Assembly: GCA_030390025.1 (NCBI GenBank)
Contig: CM059434.1
Coordinates: 111,352,001-111,416,000 of the forward strand
Source: Squalus acanthias
Taxonomy: Eukaryota
Length of the DNA stretch: 64,000 nucleotides
Direction: 5' to 3'
Shown: piece by piece, positions 11,838-24,142 of the stretch
How positions within the stretch are numbered: the first letter of the stretch is position 1
Layout of the letters: each line of letters opens with the position of its first letter
Position numbers and translations under genes: made by a program
The notes under the pieces: model-generated
The model's input: the letters and a program-made list of their open reading frames with translations, nothing else
Told to the model about the DNA's origin: nothing
Databases searched by the model: none

Positions 11838-13650
11838 AAATACAGAAAATGCTGGGAATACTCATCAGGTCAGGCAGCATCTGTGGAGAGAGAAACAGAC
11901 TCTCCCACTCCCCACAGAGTCTCTCCCCACAAAGTCGCTCCACAGATTCTCTCCCCACAGAGTCTCTCCCCACAGAATCTCTCCCCACAGGGTCTCTCCC
12001 CACAGAATCTCTCCCCACAGAATCTCTCCCCACAGGGTCTCTCCCCACAGAGTCGCTCTCCACAGAGTCGCTCTCCACAGAATCTCTCCCCACAGGGTCT
12101 CTCTCCACAGAATCTCTCCCCACAGGGTCTCTCTCCACAGAGTCTCTCCCCACAGGGTCTCTCCCCACAGGGTCTCTCTCCACAGAGTCTCTCCCCACAG
12201 GATCTATCCCCACAGAGTCTCTCCCCACAGAGTCGCTCTCCACAGGGTCTCTCTCCACAGAGTCTCTCCCCACAGGATCTATCCCCACAGAATCTCTCCC
12301 CACAGAGTCTCTCCCCACAGGGTCTCTCTCCACAGAGTCTCTCCCCACAGGATCTATCCCCACAGAATCTCTCCCCACAGAGTCTCTCCCCACAGGGTCT
12401 CTCTCCACAGAGTCTCTCCCCACAGAGTCTCTCCCCACAGAATCTCTCCCCACAGAGTCGCTCTCCACAGAATCTCTCCCCACAGGGTCTCTCTCCACAG
12501 AGTCTCTCCCCACAGGGTCTCTCCCCACAGAGTCTCTCCCCACAGAGTCGCTCTCCACAGAATCTCTCCCCACAGAATCTCTCCCCACCGGGTCTCTCCC
12601 CACAGAGTCGCTCTCCACAGAATCTCTCCCCACAGAGTCTCTCCCCACAGAATCTCTCCCCACAGAGTCTCTCCCCACAGAATCTCTCCCCACAGGGTCT
12701 CTCCCCACAGAGTCTCTCCCCTCAGAGTCTCTCCCCACAGAATCTCTCCCCACAGAGTCTCTCCCCACAGAGTCTATCCCCACAGAATCTCTCCCCACAG
12801 GGTCTCTCCCCACAGGGTCTCTCCCCACAGGGTCTCTCCCCACAGAGTCTCTCCCCTCAGAGTCTCTCCCCACAGAATCTCTCCCCACAGAGTCTCTCCC
12901 CACAGAGTCTCTCCCCACAGAGTCTCTCCCCACAGAATCTCTCCCCACAGGGTCTCTCCCCACAGGGTCTCTCCCCACAGAGTCTCTCCCCACAGAGTCT
13001 CTCCCCACAGAATCTCTCCCCACAGAGTCTCTCCCCACAGAGTCTCTCCCCACAGAGTCTATCCCCACAGAGTCTCTCCCCACAGAATCTCTCCCCACAG
13101 GGTCTCTCCCCACAGAGTCTCTCCCCACAGAATCTCTCCCCACAGTGTCTCTCCCCACAGGGTCTCTCCCCACAGAGTCGCTCTCCACAGAGTCTCTCCC
13201 CACAGAGTCTCTCCCTACAGAGTCGCTCTCCACAGAGTCTCTCTCCACAGAGTCTCTCTCCACTGAGTCTCTCCCCACAGAGTCTCTCCCCACAGATTCT
13301 CTCCCCACAGAGTCTCTCTCCACAGAGTCTCTCTCCACTGAGTCGCTCTCCACAGAGTCTCTCCCCACAGAGTCTCTCCCCACAGATTCTCTCCCCACAG
13401 AGTCTCTCCCCACAGATTCTCTCCCCACAGAGTCGCTCTCCACAGAGTCTCTCCCCACAGATTCTCTCCCCACAGAGTCTCTCTCCACTGAGTCGCTCTC
13501 CACAGAGTCGCTCTCCACAGATTCTCTCTCCACAGATTCTCTCTCCATAGATTCTCTCCCCACAGATTCTCTCTCCACAGATGCTGCCTGACCTGCTGAG
13601 TATTTCCAGCATTTTCTATTTTTACATCAGATTTCCAGAATCCGTACTAT
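11838..13650. mobile_element. Foldback (tail-to-tail Penelope-like) element carrying a minisatellite
   Basis: Left arm gaaaatgctgggaatactcatcaggtcaggcagcatctgtggagagaga is inverted to right arm tctctccacagatgctgcctgacctgctgagtatttccagcattttc. Same family at 16555-16676, 26935-27035 and 53295-53475. Confidence 0.75.
11900..13580. repeat. 15-bp minisatellite (consensus GAGTCTCTCCCCACA), ~110 units
   Basis: Tandem array directly visible, with substitution variants; it produces the 555-598 aa low-complexity ORFs. Confidence 0.98.
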
Positions 13651-14077
13651 TTTGTTTTTTTCTTTAATTTTATGCTTTGGTTTGTTTGTGTTACAACTCT
13701 AGTAAATTCCAGAAAATAGACCTCAGTTTTGGTCACTAGGAGTGAAACCCTCTCATCTTGGCTTAGCCACGTACAACCTTTGATTCAGCATGGTAAATCA
13801 GCACTAACGCCCTTCATCCAACATTGCATTATCCCGACTTTGCATCAGCACTGGGTGTGTTTGCCATGTAATAATACAGGAACAAAACTTTAAAAAAAAC
13901 TGTAGGTATACAAGCAAAATATAAAATAAATCAGGTACTTTAGTGACTAATTCAATCTACTAATTCAATTTAGGGGCGCACGGCTGGGTATCGGCACTCA
14001 CTACTGTGTTGAATCAAACATTGCCCGAAAGTGCACACTTACCCCAGTTTTCAGTTGCAAGTTAGTCATTGGTTAAT

Positions 14078-14845
14078 GGCCTGGAAATTGCGGTCAGAGG
14101 CTTGCCACCCATGTACACCTCCGAACCGCAAGAAAACTCCATACTTACCGCTGCCTCCAGACCTTCGAAGACTTGCGCTCCTGGGCCTGCAGGTGTACGC
14201 CTGCGTAAAGGCCCACGCATCCCATCCCATCCCATCCATCCCATCGGAAGCATCCCTGGGATCACGTGGGCCAGGCCAACCAATGACAAAGGGGATTCCT
14301 TTAATGCTTATGGGAATTCCATTTACCTACGGAATCCCCATAAGCATAATAGAAATCACCTAAAGAATACAATTTCACAACACTGAAATAAAAATAAATG
14401 ATCACAGGTTCAAAATTAATTAAAATGCCATTTAATTAAACATTTAAAATAGAAATAAAAATTTTTGAAAAATAAATTTAAACATTTTTAACTGGGACAA
14501 AATTGACCTAAACTAATTTTAAATGTAAGTGAATGTTTAAATCATTTAAAAAAAATTAATTTTATATTTATTTAAACCCTTACACTGGTAAAAGAAGGCC
14601 TTACGCCTGCTTTTACCAGGCGTAAGAGTTTGGTGGGTATTCGCTGGGCAGTAGTTGGGCAAATAGCCCAGCCCTGCACCAGCAAAAGTGAATTTCCAGC
14701 GGATGGGTACAATCTGTCAAGGAGAAACTTGACAGATCGCATGTTCCGGGTTTTTGCGGATGCGCATCGCATGCAGAAACCCGGAATGAGCAGGGCACTT
14801 ACGGCCGTGTGTGTACACCATCATAGGCCCCGTAAAATCCGGGCC
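14078..14845. mobile_element. Harbinger-type MITE
   Basis: TIRs GGCCTGGAAATTGCGG / CCGTAAAATCCGGGCC, 3-bp TSD AAT on both sides, AT-rich core. Confidence 0.75.
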
Positions 14846-14854
14846 AATAAGAAA

Positions 14855-15040
14855 AGAAAGACTTGCATTTATATAGAGCCTTTCATGACCTCAGGACGTC
14901 CCAAAGCACTTTACAGCCACTGAAGTACTTTTGAAGTGTAGTCACTAAAGCAATGTAGGAAACCAAATTTCAAATTGCAAGGTCCCACAAACAGCAATGA
15001 AATATATGACCAGATAATCTGGTTGAGGGATAAATATTAA
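14855..15040 (-). mobile_element. DeuSINE-like SINE 3' part
   Basis: Same family as 4752-4965. Confidence 0.65.
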
Positions 15041-16199
15041 GAAAAGTACTGATTTTCCTGTACCAATCTCAAACACCAACCTTTTTCTTTCTTCCCTTTA
15101 ACTTGGGGCGGGAAACTTTCTTTCAATAACCCTGTTTCATTGTTTTCATCTCCTTCTTTGTACTCTATTTTTGCATTGGTTTTTATTTCCACTTTCACCA
15201 ACTTAAATTCTGCCTTGGCAGTTGTAATAATTGTTGTGGTACCTGATTTTTACCACTGAATGGCACTGTAACAAACTTCTATATTACTGCAGCATAGTAG
15301 GTTGCAGCTCTAAGTATTTCTGTAGAACCACATAGTGGCTAGATCAGTTACAGCACCACAACAAAACAAAATAATCTATCCCTTTGGGCTTAGAGGTGGA
15401 ATTTCTGCTGTTTTGGACCAAAAAGAAACAACAGATCTTAATCAATGGATTTCTTTGGCCTTATTCTGTGTTTCATAAAAATAGTATGTAAAGTTTTTGA
15501 ATTATCATCAAAATTGCTTTATGTATTCTAATTAGTTCCAAGTAGCATCATTTGTTTAACATGGCATCTCTGCAAGCATTTTAATGTTGACCTTAACGTA
15601 TGATAAAGATACATATTTTAAATGATTAATTGTATGACAGCTAATAACCTAGGACCTACATCTGCTAGCTGCAATGTGATAGTGCACTCCCACCTGAGTG
15701 TGACTGGGTCCCAAGTGTAGTAAGATTACAGCTTTACACATACACTTGAGCCACTTCCCTGTCAACTAATTTTTAATGCAAGGGGAAAGGGGCACCTGCT
15801 TTCTCCTGACGTTACAAACATTCCATTCAAAGTTTTAAAAGATCCCTGGAGGTCCAATAACCTGCCAGTGCCCTTCTAAAATGTGCTTTGCTCCAGGCTG
15901 GAATTACACCGTAGCTGGTGTGAACTCGAAGTCCTGTGAAATGCCCTCATGAAAATGTATCTCGCATCTCTTGGCTTTGGTGCATTATGTTGTGAGATCA
16001 GAACCGTAGCAATATTGCTCAAGAAAGAGAGTCTTTTTTTTGCTTATGTACATTGCCACTGGATAGCAACTATATTATATAATATATTGTAAGTTGCTTG
16101 GTATAATGCTCCTCTTGTTATAAAACAGAATATCCTATGAATTATCAAGATCAAAGCCACAAGAAATCTGCTGGTGTGTAAATAAAGATAGGTGAGTTG

Positions 16200-16800
16200 G
16201 TCTGCAGTGGGTATTAAAGAATACAAGAGGAGAAAGTGGAGCAATTGAGCAATTAGATACGATAATTATAGATAAGGAGGCCGTACTAAAAATGTAGAAC
16301 TCAATGTGGAAATGGCACTGGTCCCTAAAGGCGTGCATCCTAGAATGCTGAAGAGAGTCAGAGAGGAGATAGCAGAGGCTCTGACCAAAATCTTTCAAAC
16401 ATCCTTTGGCATGGAAGTTGTTCCAGAGGACTAGAGGTTTGCCAATGTAATGCCTATGTTCAAAAAGGGTTAAATCAGGTAACTATAGACCAGCCAGCAA
16501 TGGATAAACTTCTAGTGGCCATAATATAAGATAAAATTAATACTCATCTAACACAAAAGCGAAATACTGCGGATGCTGGAAATCTGAAATTAAAACAGAA
16601 AATGCTGGAAATACTCAGCAGCTCAGGCAGCATCTGTGAAGAGAGAAACAGAGTTAACGTTTCAGGTTGATGACCTGAATACTCATCTAAAATGATACAG
16701 GTTAAATAAGGAAAACCAGTATGGATTTATAAAAGGAAGTCATGAGTGACAAATTTTAATAGAGTTCTTTGAGGAAATAATGGAGGGTATTGATAAAGGA
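16200..16800 (+). mobile_element. Decayed CR1 fragment interrupted by a Penelope-like arm (16555-16676)
   Basis: gcatcctagaatgctgaagaga...gccaatgtaatgcctatgttcaaaaagg...cagtatggatttataaaagg; aatactcatctaa appears on both sides of the insert. Confidence 0.7.
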
Positions 16801-16802
16801 AT

Positions 16803-17060
16803 TAAAAAAAAATCATTCTCCAGGTATGGTCATTACTGGCAAGGTCAGCATTTAGTTGCCCTGAGAAGCTGGTGGTTGGCTTTCCTCTTGAACCACTGCA
16901 CTCTGTGTGGCTAAGGTGCACACACATTGCTGTTAGGTGGGGAGTTCCAGGATTTTCACCCAGTGATGAAGAAGGAATGGCGATATATGTCCAAATCAGG
17001 ATGGTGTTTTACTTGGAGGGGAACTCATACATCTGCTACCCTTGACCTTCTAGATGGTGA
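16803..17060 (-). mobile_element. LINE 3' fragment ('...HHHLLKGN' family, decayed)
   Basis: Reverse complement of the 3' end seen at 2905-3122. Confidence 0.7.
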
Positions 17061-17249
17061 AGATGGATGGTAGATCAGGGCTCTTCTATGTACCACTTAC
17101 AGGGCTTAGATGCTTCCTTCATTGACCAAAAGGTTATTGTCACACTTTCAAATTACTGTCTGAGATCAAGACCTGGATCAGCCAAACCTTCCTCCAGCTG
17201 AATGTTGGCAAGACAGAGGCCATCCTCTTTGGTGTCTAACAGCACCTAC

Positions 17250-18909
17250 GGGGGCGATTTTCCCAGCCCCGAGGAGGCGGGTTTGGAGGCGGGACAGTTG
17301 GCAAAATCGCAAAAAGTGGCTGTCAAAGTCACCACCGCACTCAACTTTTTTGCCTCAGGCTCCTTCCAGGGATCATCAGCAGACATCAGCGGCATCTCCC
17401 AGTTGGCCGCCCACAGTTGCATCACGCAGGTTACTGATGCCCTTTTCGCAAAGGCGCACAATTACATCCACTTCTCAAGGGATCAAGCAAGTATAACCGC
17501 GCGTTCAGTTGGCTTTGCAAATATAGCAGGCTTGCCAATGGTGCAGGGCATCATAGACTGCACACATGTGGCCCTTAAGGCACCCCATCACAACCCAGCT
17601 ATCTTTGTCAACCGCAAGGGCTTCCACTCCCTCAACGTACAGCTGGTGTGTAACCACAAGAAGGAGATTTTGCATGTTTGCGCCAAGTTCTGTGGTAGTT
17701 GCCATGACTCGTTCATCCTGTGGAACTCGAGTGTTCCTCCACTCTTCAATCCGCCAAACCAACTAATGGATGGCTCCTTGGTGACAAGGGCTACCCCCTG
17801 AAGAAGTGGCTAATGACGCCGATCAGGAGGCCAGCTAACGAGGTTGAGGAGCGCTACAACGCCAGCCACATTTCGACCAGGTCCATCATTGAGCAGACCA
17901 TTGGCTTGCTGAAGATGCGATTCTGATGCCTTGACAGATCAGGTGGAGCCCTGCAGTATTCAGCAGCCCGGGTCTCCAGAATGGTCGTGGTCTGCTGTGC
18001 ACTGCACAACATGGCACAGCATCGTGGCTTGCAGCTTCCTGATGAGCAAGTGGTTCAGTTCATAGCCTCCTCAGATGAGGATGAGGATGAGGAGGAGGAG
18101 GATGAGGAGGACCGTGCAGCGGCGTATCTACCAGGAGCAGTGGCAGCGCGTGAGTACATGGCTGCCCGTGATGCAAGGGAAGCACTCATCCTGGCCTGAT
18201 TTGCATAGGTTGCCCATTGTGGCACATGTGACTGGCTCCTTCTTAACACATGATAGACAATGGACATGACTTTCTGGCCTCCTTTCACTCTGACTACCAA
18301 CCTGACCACGCAAGTGTGGCGGAGCCCACAATGTGGAGCTGCCTAAGCCGAAATAACAGATGCCATCACGCCAACAGTTTGCAATCACCTAATTTTAATA
18401 CATTCACACAGGGATGGCATTTCATCAATAAACAGAAACAATCACCCAATCGGCACACAGATCTGGAGGTGATATCCCTTGCCAGCTGGACCCACGCAGC
18501 CTTGGTTTCTTTGGGAGGCCTCTTCCTCCGAGATGAAGGGAAAAGCACCTCCCTGCTAGCTCTCGCCCCCTCAACCAGGATACCCAGCACCTCATCCGAG
18601 AACCTCGGGGAGGCCCTTGCCTTGGAGCTGGCCATTCTTCAATGAGATAAAAGTTTGGAGGTGGTGCAGCATCGACCAAAAACCAGTGGAATGAGCCACG
18701 GCAGCAAGCAGCCCTTAAATGAAGCTGGATAAGTGACTGTCAGCAGAGGCGAGTTTCAGTCCCAAAAGACTAATTGGCCCAGGGGAACCCACACCTCTGA
18801 AATTAACTGGCCAATTAGGGGAAAATCGCAAATTTTTCCCACCTGACAGTGGAGGCGGGTTCGGAACCTGCCCAAACCGAAACCCACCTCCATTGGGAAA
18901 ATCACCCCC
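17250..18909 (+). mobile_element. Internally deleted PIF/Harbinger transposon
   Basis: TIRs GGGGGCGATTTT / AAAATCACCCCC, TSD TAC. HARBI1-like transposase remnant 17315-18205 (QGIIDCTHV, GDKGYP, IEQTIG; frameshift and stop) and a convergent Myb/SANT exon-1 remnant 18450-18635 (-). Confidence 0.92.
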
Positions 18910-19059
18910 TACGTGTCTCTGACCTTGATCCCATCAACCTTTCCCGATGCCATCTGAAACCAAGTCAGGAAATGTGTAACTTTCGCATCCTGCTGACGGC
19001 AAGCTCAGTTTTCTCCCCCACATCTGCTCCTGTTACCAAAACCACCTTCTTCCACCTCC

Positions 19060-19597
19060 AGGCACAAGTAAGGAGTGTGATGGAATACTCTCCACTTGCC
19101 TGGATGAGTGCAGCTCCGACAACACTCAAGAAGCTCGACACCATCCAGGACAAAGCAGCCCGCTTGATTGGCACCCCATCCACCACCTTAAACAATCACT
19201 CCCTCCACCACTGGCGTACCGTGGCTGCAGTGTGTACCATCTACAAGATGCACTGCAGCAACTCGCCAAGGCTTCTTCGGCAGCACCTCCCAAACCCGCG
19301 ACCTCTTCCACCTAGAAGGACGAGGGCAGCAGGCGCATGGGAACACCACCACCTCCAAGTTCCCCTCCAAGTCACACACCATCCTGACTTAGAAGTATAT
19401 CGCCGATCCTTCATCGTCACTGGGTCAAAATCCTGGAACTCCCTACCTAACAGCACTGTGGGAGTATCATCACCACACAGACTGCAGCGGTTCAAGAAGG
19501 CGGCTCACCACTACCTTCTCAAGGGCAACTAGGGATGGGCAATAAATGCTGGCCCTGCCAGCGACGCCCAGATCCCATAAACGAATTTAAAAAAAAT
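19060..19597 (+). mobile_element. LINE 3' fragment ('...HHHLLKGN' family) inserted in an L2 remnant (18913-20165)
   Basis: AQVRSVMEYSPLAWMSAAPTTLKKLDTIQDKAARLIG...HHYLLKGN plus poly(A); flanks are decayed L2 ending in a ctatataaaatcaaattgttgttg tail. Confidence 0.88.
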
Positions 19598-20874
19598 ACT
19601 GCCCACCTCTGCCCTTTTGATACTAAAGCCCGAGTCCATACCTTCATCACTTTTAGGCTTGAATTTTCCAACACGCTGCTATCTACAACAATCCTCCACA
19701 AGCTTTGATTCATCCAAAATGCTGCAGCCTGTGTCTTTGCCTGCACTATATCCCATTCTCCCATCCTCTCCAAGTTCCATTGATTTTCCATGCCCATGCA
19801 TGTTGAGCTCAAAATTATCAACCTTGTTTTCAAATCACTCCATGGATTCAGCCCACTCTACTATGGTGCACCTTCTGCTCCTCTAACACTGGGCTTCTTC
19901 TTGATTCTTGCTCCCTTTGTTCCACCGCTCGTGGTCACTCAATCAGCCACTACTTTACTCCCCTCGAGATCCTCTACCCTGTTCTGTTCTCTTCACCTCC
20001 CTCCCTGGGTTCGAACCCTTCCTCAAAATCCTCCTTTTTATTTCTTCATTCAGCATCTTAGCCTTTCCATTCCTCTCTTCATATCCTCCAAATCCTTTTT
20101 CTTCTTATTGTGAGATACTTTCCTGTACATGAGGAGTGCTATATAAAATCAAATTGTTGTTGCTGTCTACTTAGAAAATTATTTCTCAAAAAAAATCAAG
20201 GTGATTGGTCAAGCAGGCTCACCTCTCAAATCATATTTTACTAGGTTAATTCTAGTTTCTGGCTGTAAGGCAATATCCAACAGGTTAATAAGATCATTAA
20301 ATAGATCTGTGCTGCTATGTTTTTCTCCTTTGCACAGAATAAAGTTGCGGGCCACCAAGGTGAAGCTTTCCTTGACTCTGATGAACTGCAGTGCTTTCCA
20401 ATTTTCCTCAACGCTTTTGTTTATCATTATTTAAAATTAGTACTGCGACATATAGAAGGAACATTAATAATTATATGATGCTGGGTAATGTGTGACAATA
20501 ATCTTTTTATGGTTATACATAATACAGGAGTGAGTGAGCTCCTAGACAGTCACTAAATCAAGAATTCAGATGAGAACATAAATTCTGAACGTGAGGTTGA
20601 GTTTATAACAAGGTTGAAAATATAACTATTTCTGAAATTAACCTTATTTTATGAAACCTGATACTGATAACATCAGACAGCAAAGGTTGGCCACACACCA
20701 GCTAGATCACCAAGGAACACAGAGACATCCTTATTCACGAGCTGCTGGAGGGAAATTAATGCAACCACGAGGTTCTGCAAAATAACAACCTGCTCAAAAC
20801 TAGACCAGCTACAATCAAATATCATTACCTGGGGTTAAATTATCCCAGCATCTGCCACATTGTCTTTGATGTAA

Positions 20875-21160
20875 TGTTTTCCTGACTGACCTGTTTGGAC
20901 ACCATCCACACCTTTGATTGCCGTGATTATCTCTCTGCCGAGGTGTGATAAAGGGCAGTTGGAAAGATTAACTGTAATCATCTGGCTGTGTTCTCTGACT
21001 ATATATGCTGTGCCTATATGTATCTCTTCACTTCACCTGACGAAGGAGCAGCACTCCGAAAGCTTGTGATTTCAAATAAACCTGTTGGACTATAACCTGG
21101 TGTTGTGCGACTTCTCACATTTGTCCACCCCAGTCCAACACCAGCATCTCCACATCATGG
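20875..21160 (+). mobile_element. Penelope-like pseudo-LTR fragment
   Basis: TATA-like element, hammerhead core, then aataaacctgttggactataacctggtgttgtgcgacttc; a second copy lies at 63421-63505 (-). Confidence 0.75.
21033..21069 (+). ncRNA. Minimal type-I hammerhead ribozyme motif
   Basis: TCAC-CTGACGA-A-GGAG(cagca)CTCC-GAAA-GC-TT-GTGA: stem I, catalytic core, stem II and palindromic AAGCTT stem III. Confidence 0.7.
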
Positions 21161-21279
21161 GATTAAATTAGATAACTGAAAATTTAACACTGCTCATTAG
21201 ACCATCAGTTACTTTTTTTAAATCTCCCAGTAGACCAAGAGAACCTTGGAACTGTGTGATGCAATGGGTTAGGCAATGG

Positions 21280-22952
21280 TGTAGAAATAGGGCCCTGTAA
21301 ATTGCCCAAGAGATGCCTTTGAGGTTCATAGAAGAAATCACCTAAAATGTGCCTAGAATGGAGATTTAGCTTGAACGCTGACCACACACAATGGAGTCCA
21401 GCTATTCAACTAAATGCTGAGAAAAAGCTTTTAGCTAACACAAATGAAGCTATCCATAATCCAGGCTTTTGGCAATGGTGTTTCCAAGATAATTGGGCCA
21501 TAAAAAAATTCTAAGCTAAAGGCCATAAAGAAATTAAAGCCATAAAAGGTCCTAGGTAATGATCCCAGAAAGGACCGTGTTTATACTACAGGCATCCATT
21601 ACTAGTATGAGAAGCCACTATCGCGAACTCAAACCTCCTCGGTAACACCTAATGGAACATAAAGATGACACTTCTCCACATTAGTATGAAAAAATTCGAG
21701 AAATGTAAGTCAGTAGGGGAGGTTGTAAAAATCGTACAAGATCTGTCTTGCTTGGAGAAAATCCATGCCCCAGTGATTCAATGACAGCCATAGGATTCCA
21801 CATTTATCAGGGTTGATTGTCAGAAGTGGGGGGGGGGGGGGGCAAGACCTTCTGGTACCGGTGTTATCCTGATTGCTTAAGTGAATGTGGGGTGACCTCC
21901 CTTTAAAATGAAGATATAAAAATAGAAGGTTCGGCACCTCTCAGGTTGATCTGTGTTAGACAATCATCTGTAATAGTGGCAATAGGAGATAGTCTGTAGT
22001 AATCTTTTTCTAGAGAGAGCAAGCTGTCTCTCTCTATGTCTTTGTAGAAGTAGCTGTCTCTCTGTTAGTTCTCTTGGGTTCTCTTTGTTCTGTTCCAGCA
22101 GATGCAGCAAGGTGCCTTTACATGATAGGGAGTAAAATACTGAGCCAGCTTGTTAAGCTCTACAGCCAGTTGCAGGCAGAAGAAGGTGTCCGTTAACTTT
22201 ATAAGAATTTGCGATCTGTGAAAGGTGAGAGTGAAGCCAGCTCGGATATCGTTGCTTGTGCATAAAGTGGGTTCAGTCAGAACCAAAGGCCCAACTAAAA
22301 CAGATGACTCCACTGCAAAGGGGTTCATCGACTCAACACTCCAGAAGCTAACACCTGCAGCCCAGTGAAGAAAATAAATTAACTCAACCACGCCGCTCAT
22401 GAGGATGGGGCCGCGTAAGCTCTAAACGTTGTTAATCACACGTAGTCTTGAGCTATTAGGTAGACTGGCAGTTTAAGTCAGTAGGGGAGGTTGTTGACTT
22501 GTCAGCTATCTAAAGAATTACTATTAAAGTAATCTCAACAATTTATAACCTCAGACTCTGGTCTCTGCTATAGTTAATGCTCAGCATCCGTTAGTGCTGA
22601 CTTACAGTGATGCACTGAATTGCCTGTGTAACCTTTGCTACTTGTTTTAAGTAACTCTGTCCATTAGTAATTTGCTACTCAACTGCTAGATAATTCTGAT
22701 TACATTTATGCATGTCTATTAAGCGTTTGAGTTCCCTAAGTTGTGATTTGTAATCAATAAATATTGTTTAGTGCATGACTTGTGGTCAGGTTTCTTCCTT
22801 GGTGATTTAGCAAGAAAGAGTTAATTCACTCAATCAGCAGCTTGAGGGTAACGTAATCGAGGGTTAGTAAATTAAATTAATTTTGATCCAAACTGGGTTA
22901 AATGTAAGAGTTCGGTGAGCCGCGTCAGGCATCATTTACCCCTAGATCTACA
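21280..22952 (+). mobile_element. Candidate long solo LTR (unclassified)
   Basis: TG...CA ends with an imperfect inverted repeat (TGTAGAAATAGGG / CCCTAGATCTACA), TATA-like ATATAAAA ~21914, AATAAA ~22373 and ~22755; no clean TSD. Confidence 0.4.
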
Positions 22953-23801
22953 CTAGAAAGTAAAACCCCAGACGATTCCTTGGTGAGGAGTTAAAGGAGA
23001 GATTTAAGGATTTGTCTGGTTCCTCGGTATATATTTGTCTTTCACTGTGTCTGCCTTTACATATTGCTACATAAATGCAAAACTATTTTTATGCAATTAG
23101 GTGATATAACTACAGGTGCAACTGAAGACAACTGTGATAAGGATAGATGTCTCATGAAATTAACCATAGCAGTTCACAAGAGCACAAAATACCTGGAAAT
23201 TTTGTGCTTGGGTGTTAATAGACAACCCAAAGCCCTTTCATGCATTAATACATACTCCAAGACTGGTTCAGTAGCTAATAGTGTAAAATTGCAGTTGAAC
23301 ATCTGCATAGAGTGACATGAGTGTTTGGTGATCTGTAGTTATTTGCTCCAACTTTGATTCCATTTAGTTGGGATTTTCTACTTTCTATTAAAATGACCAA
23401 GGCTTGATAGTTAAACTAGATGAGCCTGGAGAACAGCAAGCTCCTCTGAGAACCCCAGGGGCAATGTTGTTACTGACTCCATAGCCCGGTAGAACTCTTT
23501 CAACTGCTAGATGGTACATACTTTATTTCAGAGTCTTATCTTTTTCACCTATTGGGACTTTCTTTACTGGAATTTATTTTCTACTGACATGTCTGTAGAC
23601 ACTACCTTCAGACAGTTATTTCTTGCTGTTAAGTTTGTTATTCAGTCGGAGAACATTGTAATGCGGTTTTCCTGCTAAAACTGGCACAATTGCTGCCAAA
23701 GGACTTAATGTTAAAGCTGTAAATGTTATTGACTACATATACACAGACAAGCTTCAACCAGATTTCCCCCCGCCCCACATGCACATTTCAATCTCTTTGC
23801 T

Positions 23802-23815
23802 CCAGTAGGTGGCAG
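23802..23815 (+). promoter_or_regulatory. CTCF consensus site
   Basis: CCAGTAGGTGGCAG matches the CCASYAGRKGGCRS core, in non-repeat intergenic DNA. Confidence 0.5.
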
Positions 23816-24142
23816 GTGCTGTGTGTAGGATTATCTTGTACGACAGATAGTCTTTTTTGTTCTGGCAAAATAATCCTCCTGGAAATGTCTTAAAATAGAT
23901 CAGTGGTCATGCAGTGTCTTTAGTTCTCATGTGGCTACTCCTCATACTGTTAGTAATGATCATTGAGAGTGGGTTTGGTCAGAAGGTTCATTATTATTCA
24001 ATCGGAGCTAAAGTTGCTAGAATCAAAAAGCTTAAAAATGTTGCTATTTAAATTAGATTCCTTGGTGCTTATGTTCAGTATAATTAATTTTAAATAAGTT
24101 GCTGTTTGTTTACTCTCAGCTATATTCCGTAGCTGTGGCATA

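Noticed and set aside
11900-13580. Possible CRISPR-like array
   Set aside because: Head-to-tail repeats without unique spacers, no cas genes, vertebrate context.
11782-13612. ORFs of 251-598 aa on both strands (mucin-like TESLP / RDSVG repeats)
   Set aside because: By-product of a stop-free 15-bp minisatellite; the starts lie in the flanking TE arms or the array itself, and there is no splice or domain evidence.
22388-22410. tRNA-Met-like primer binding site (cgccgctcatgaggat)
   Set aside because: Lacks the TGG start and matches only partially; not enough to define an LTR boundary.
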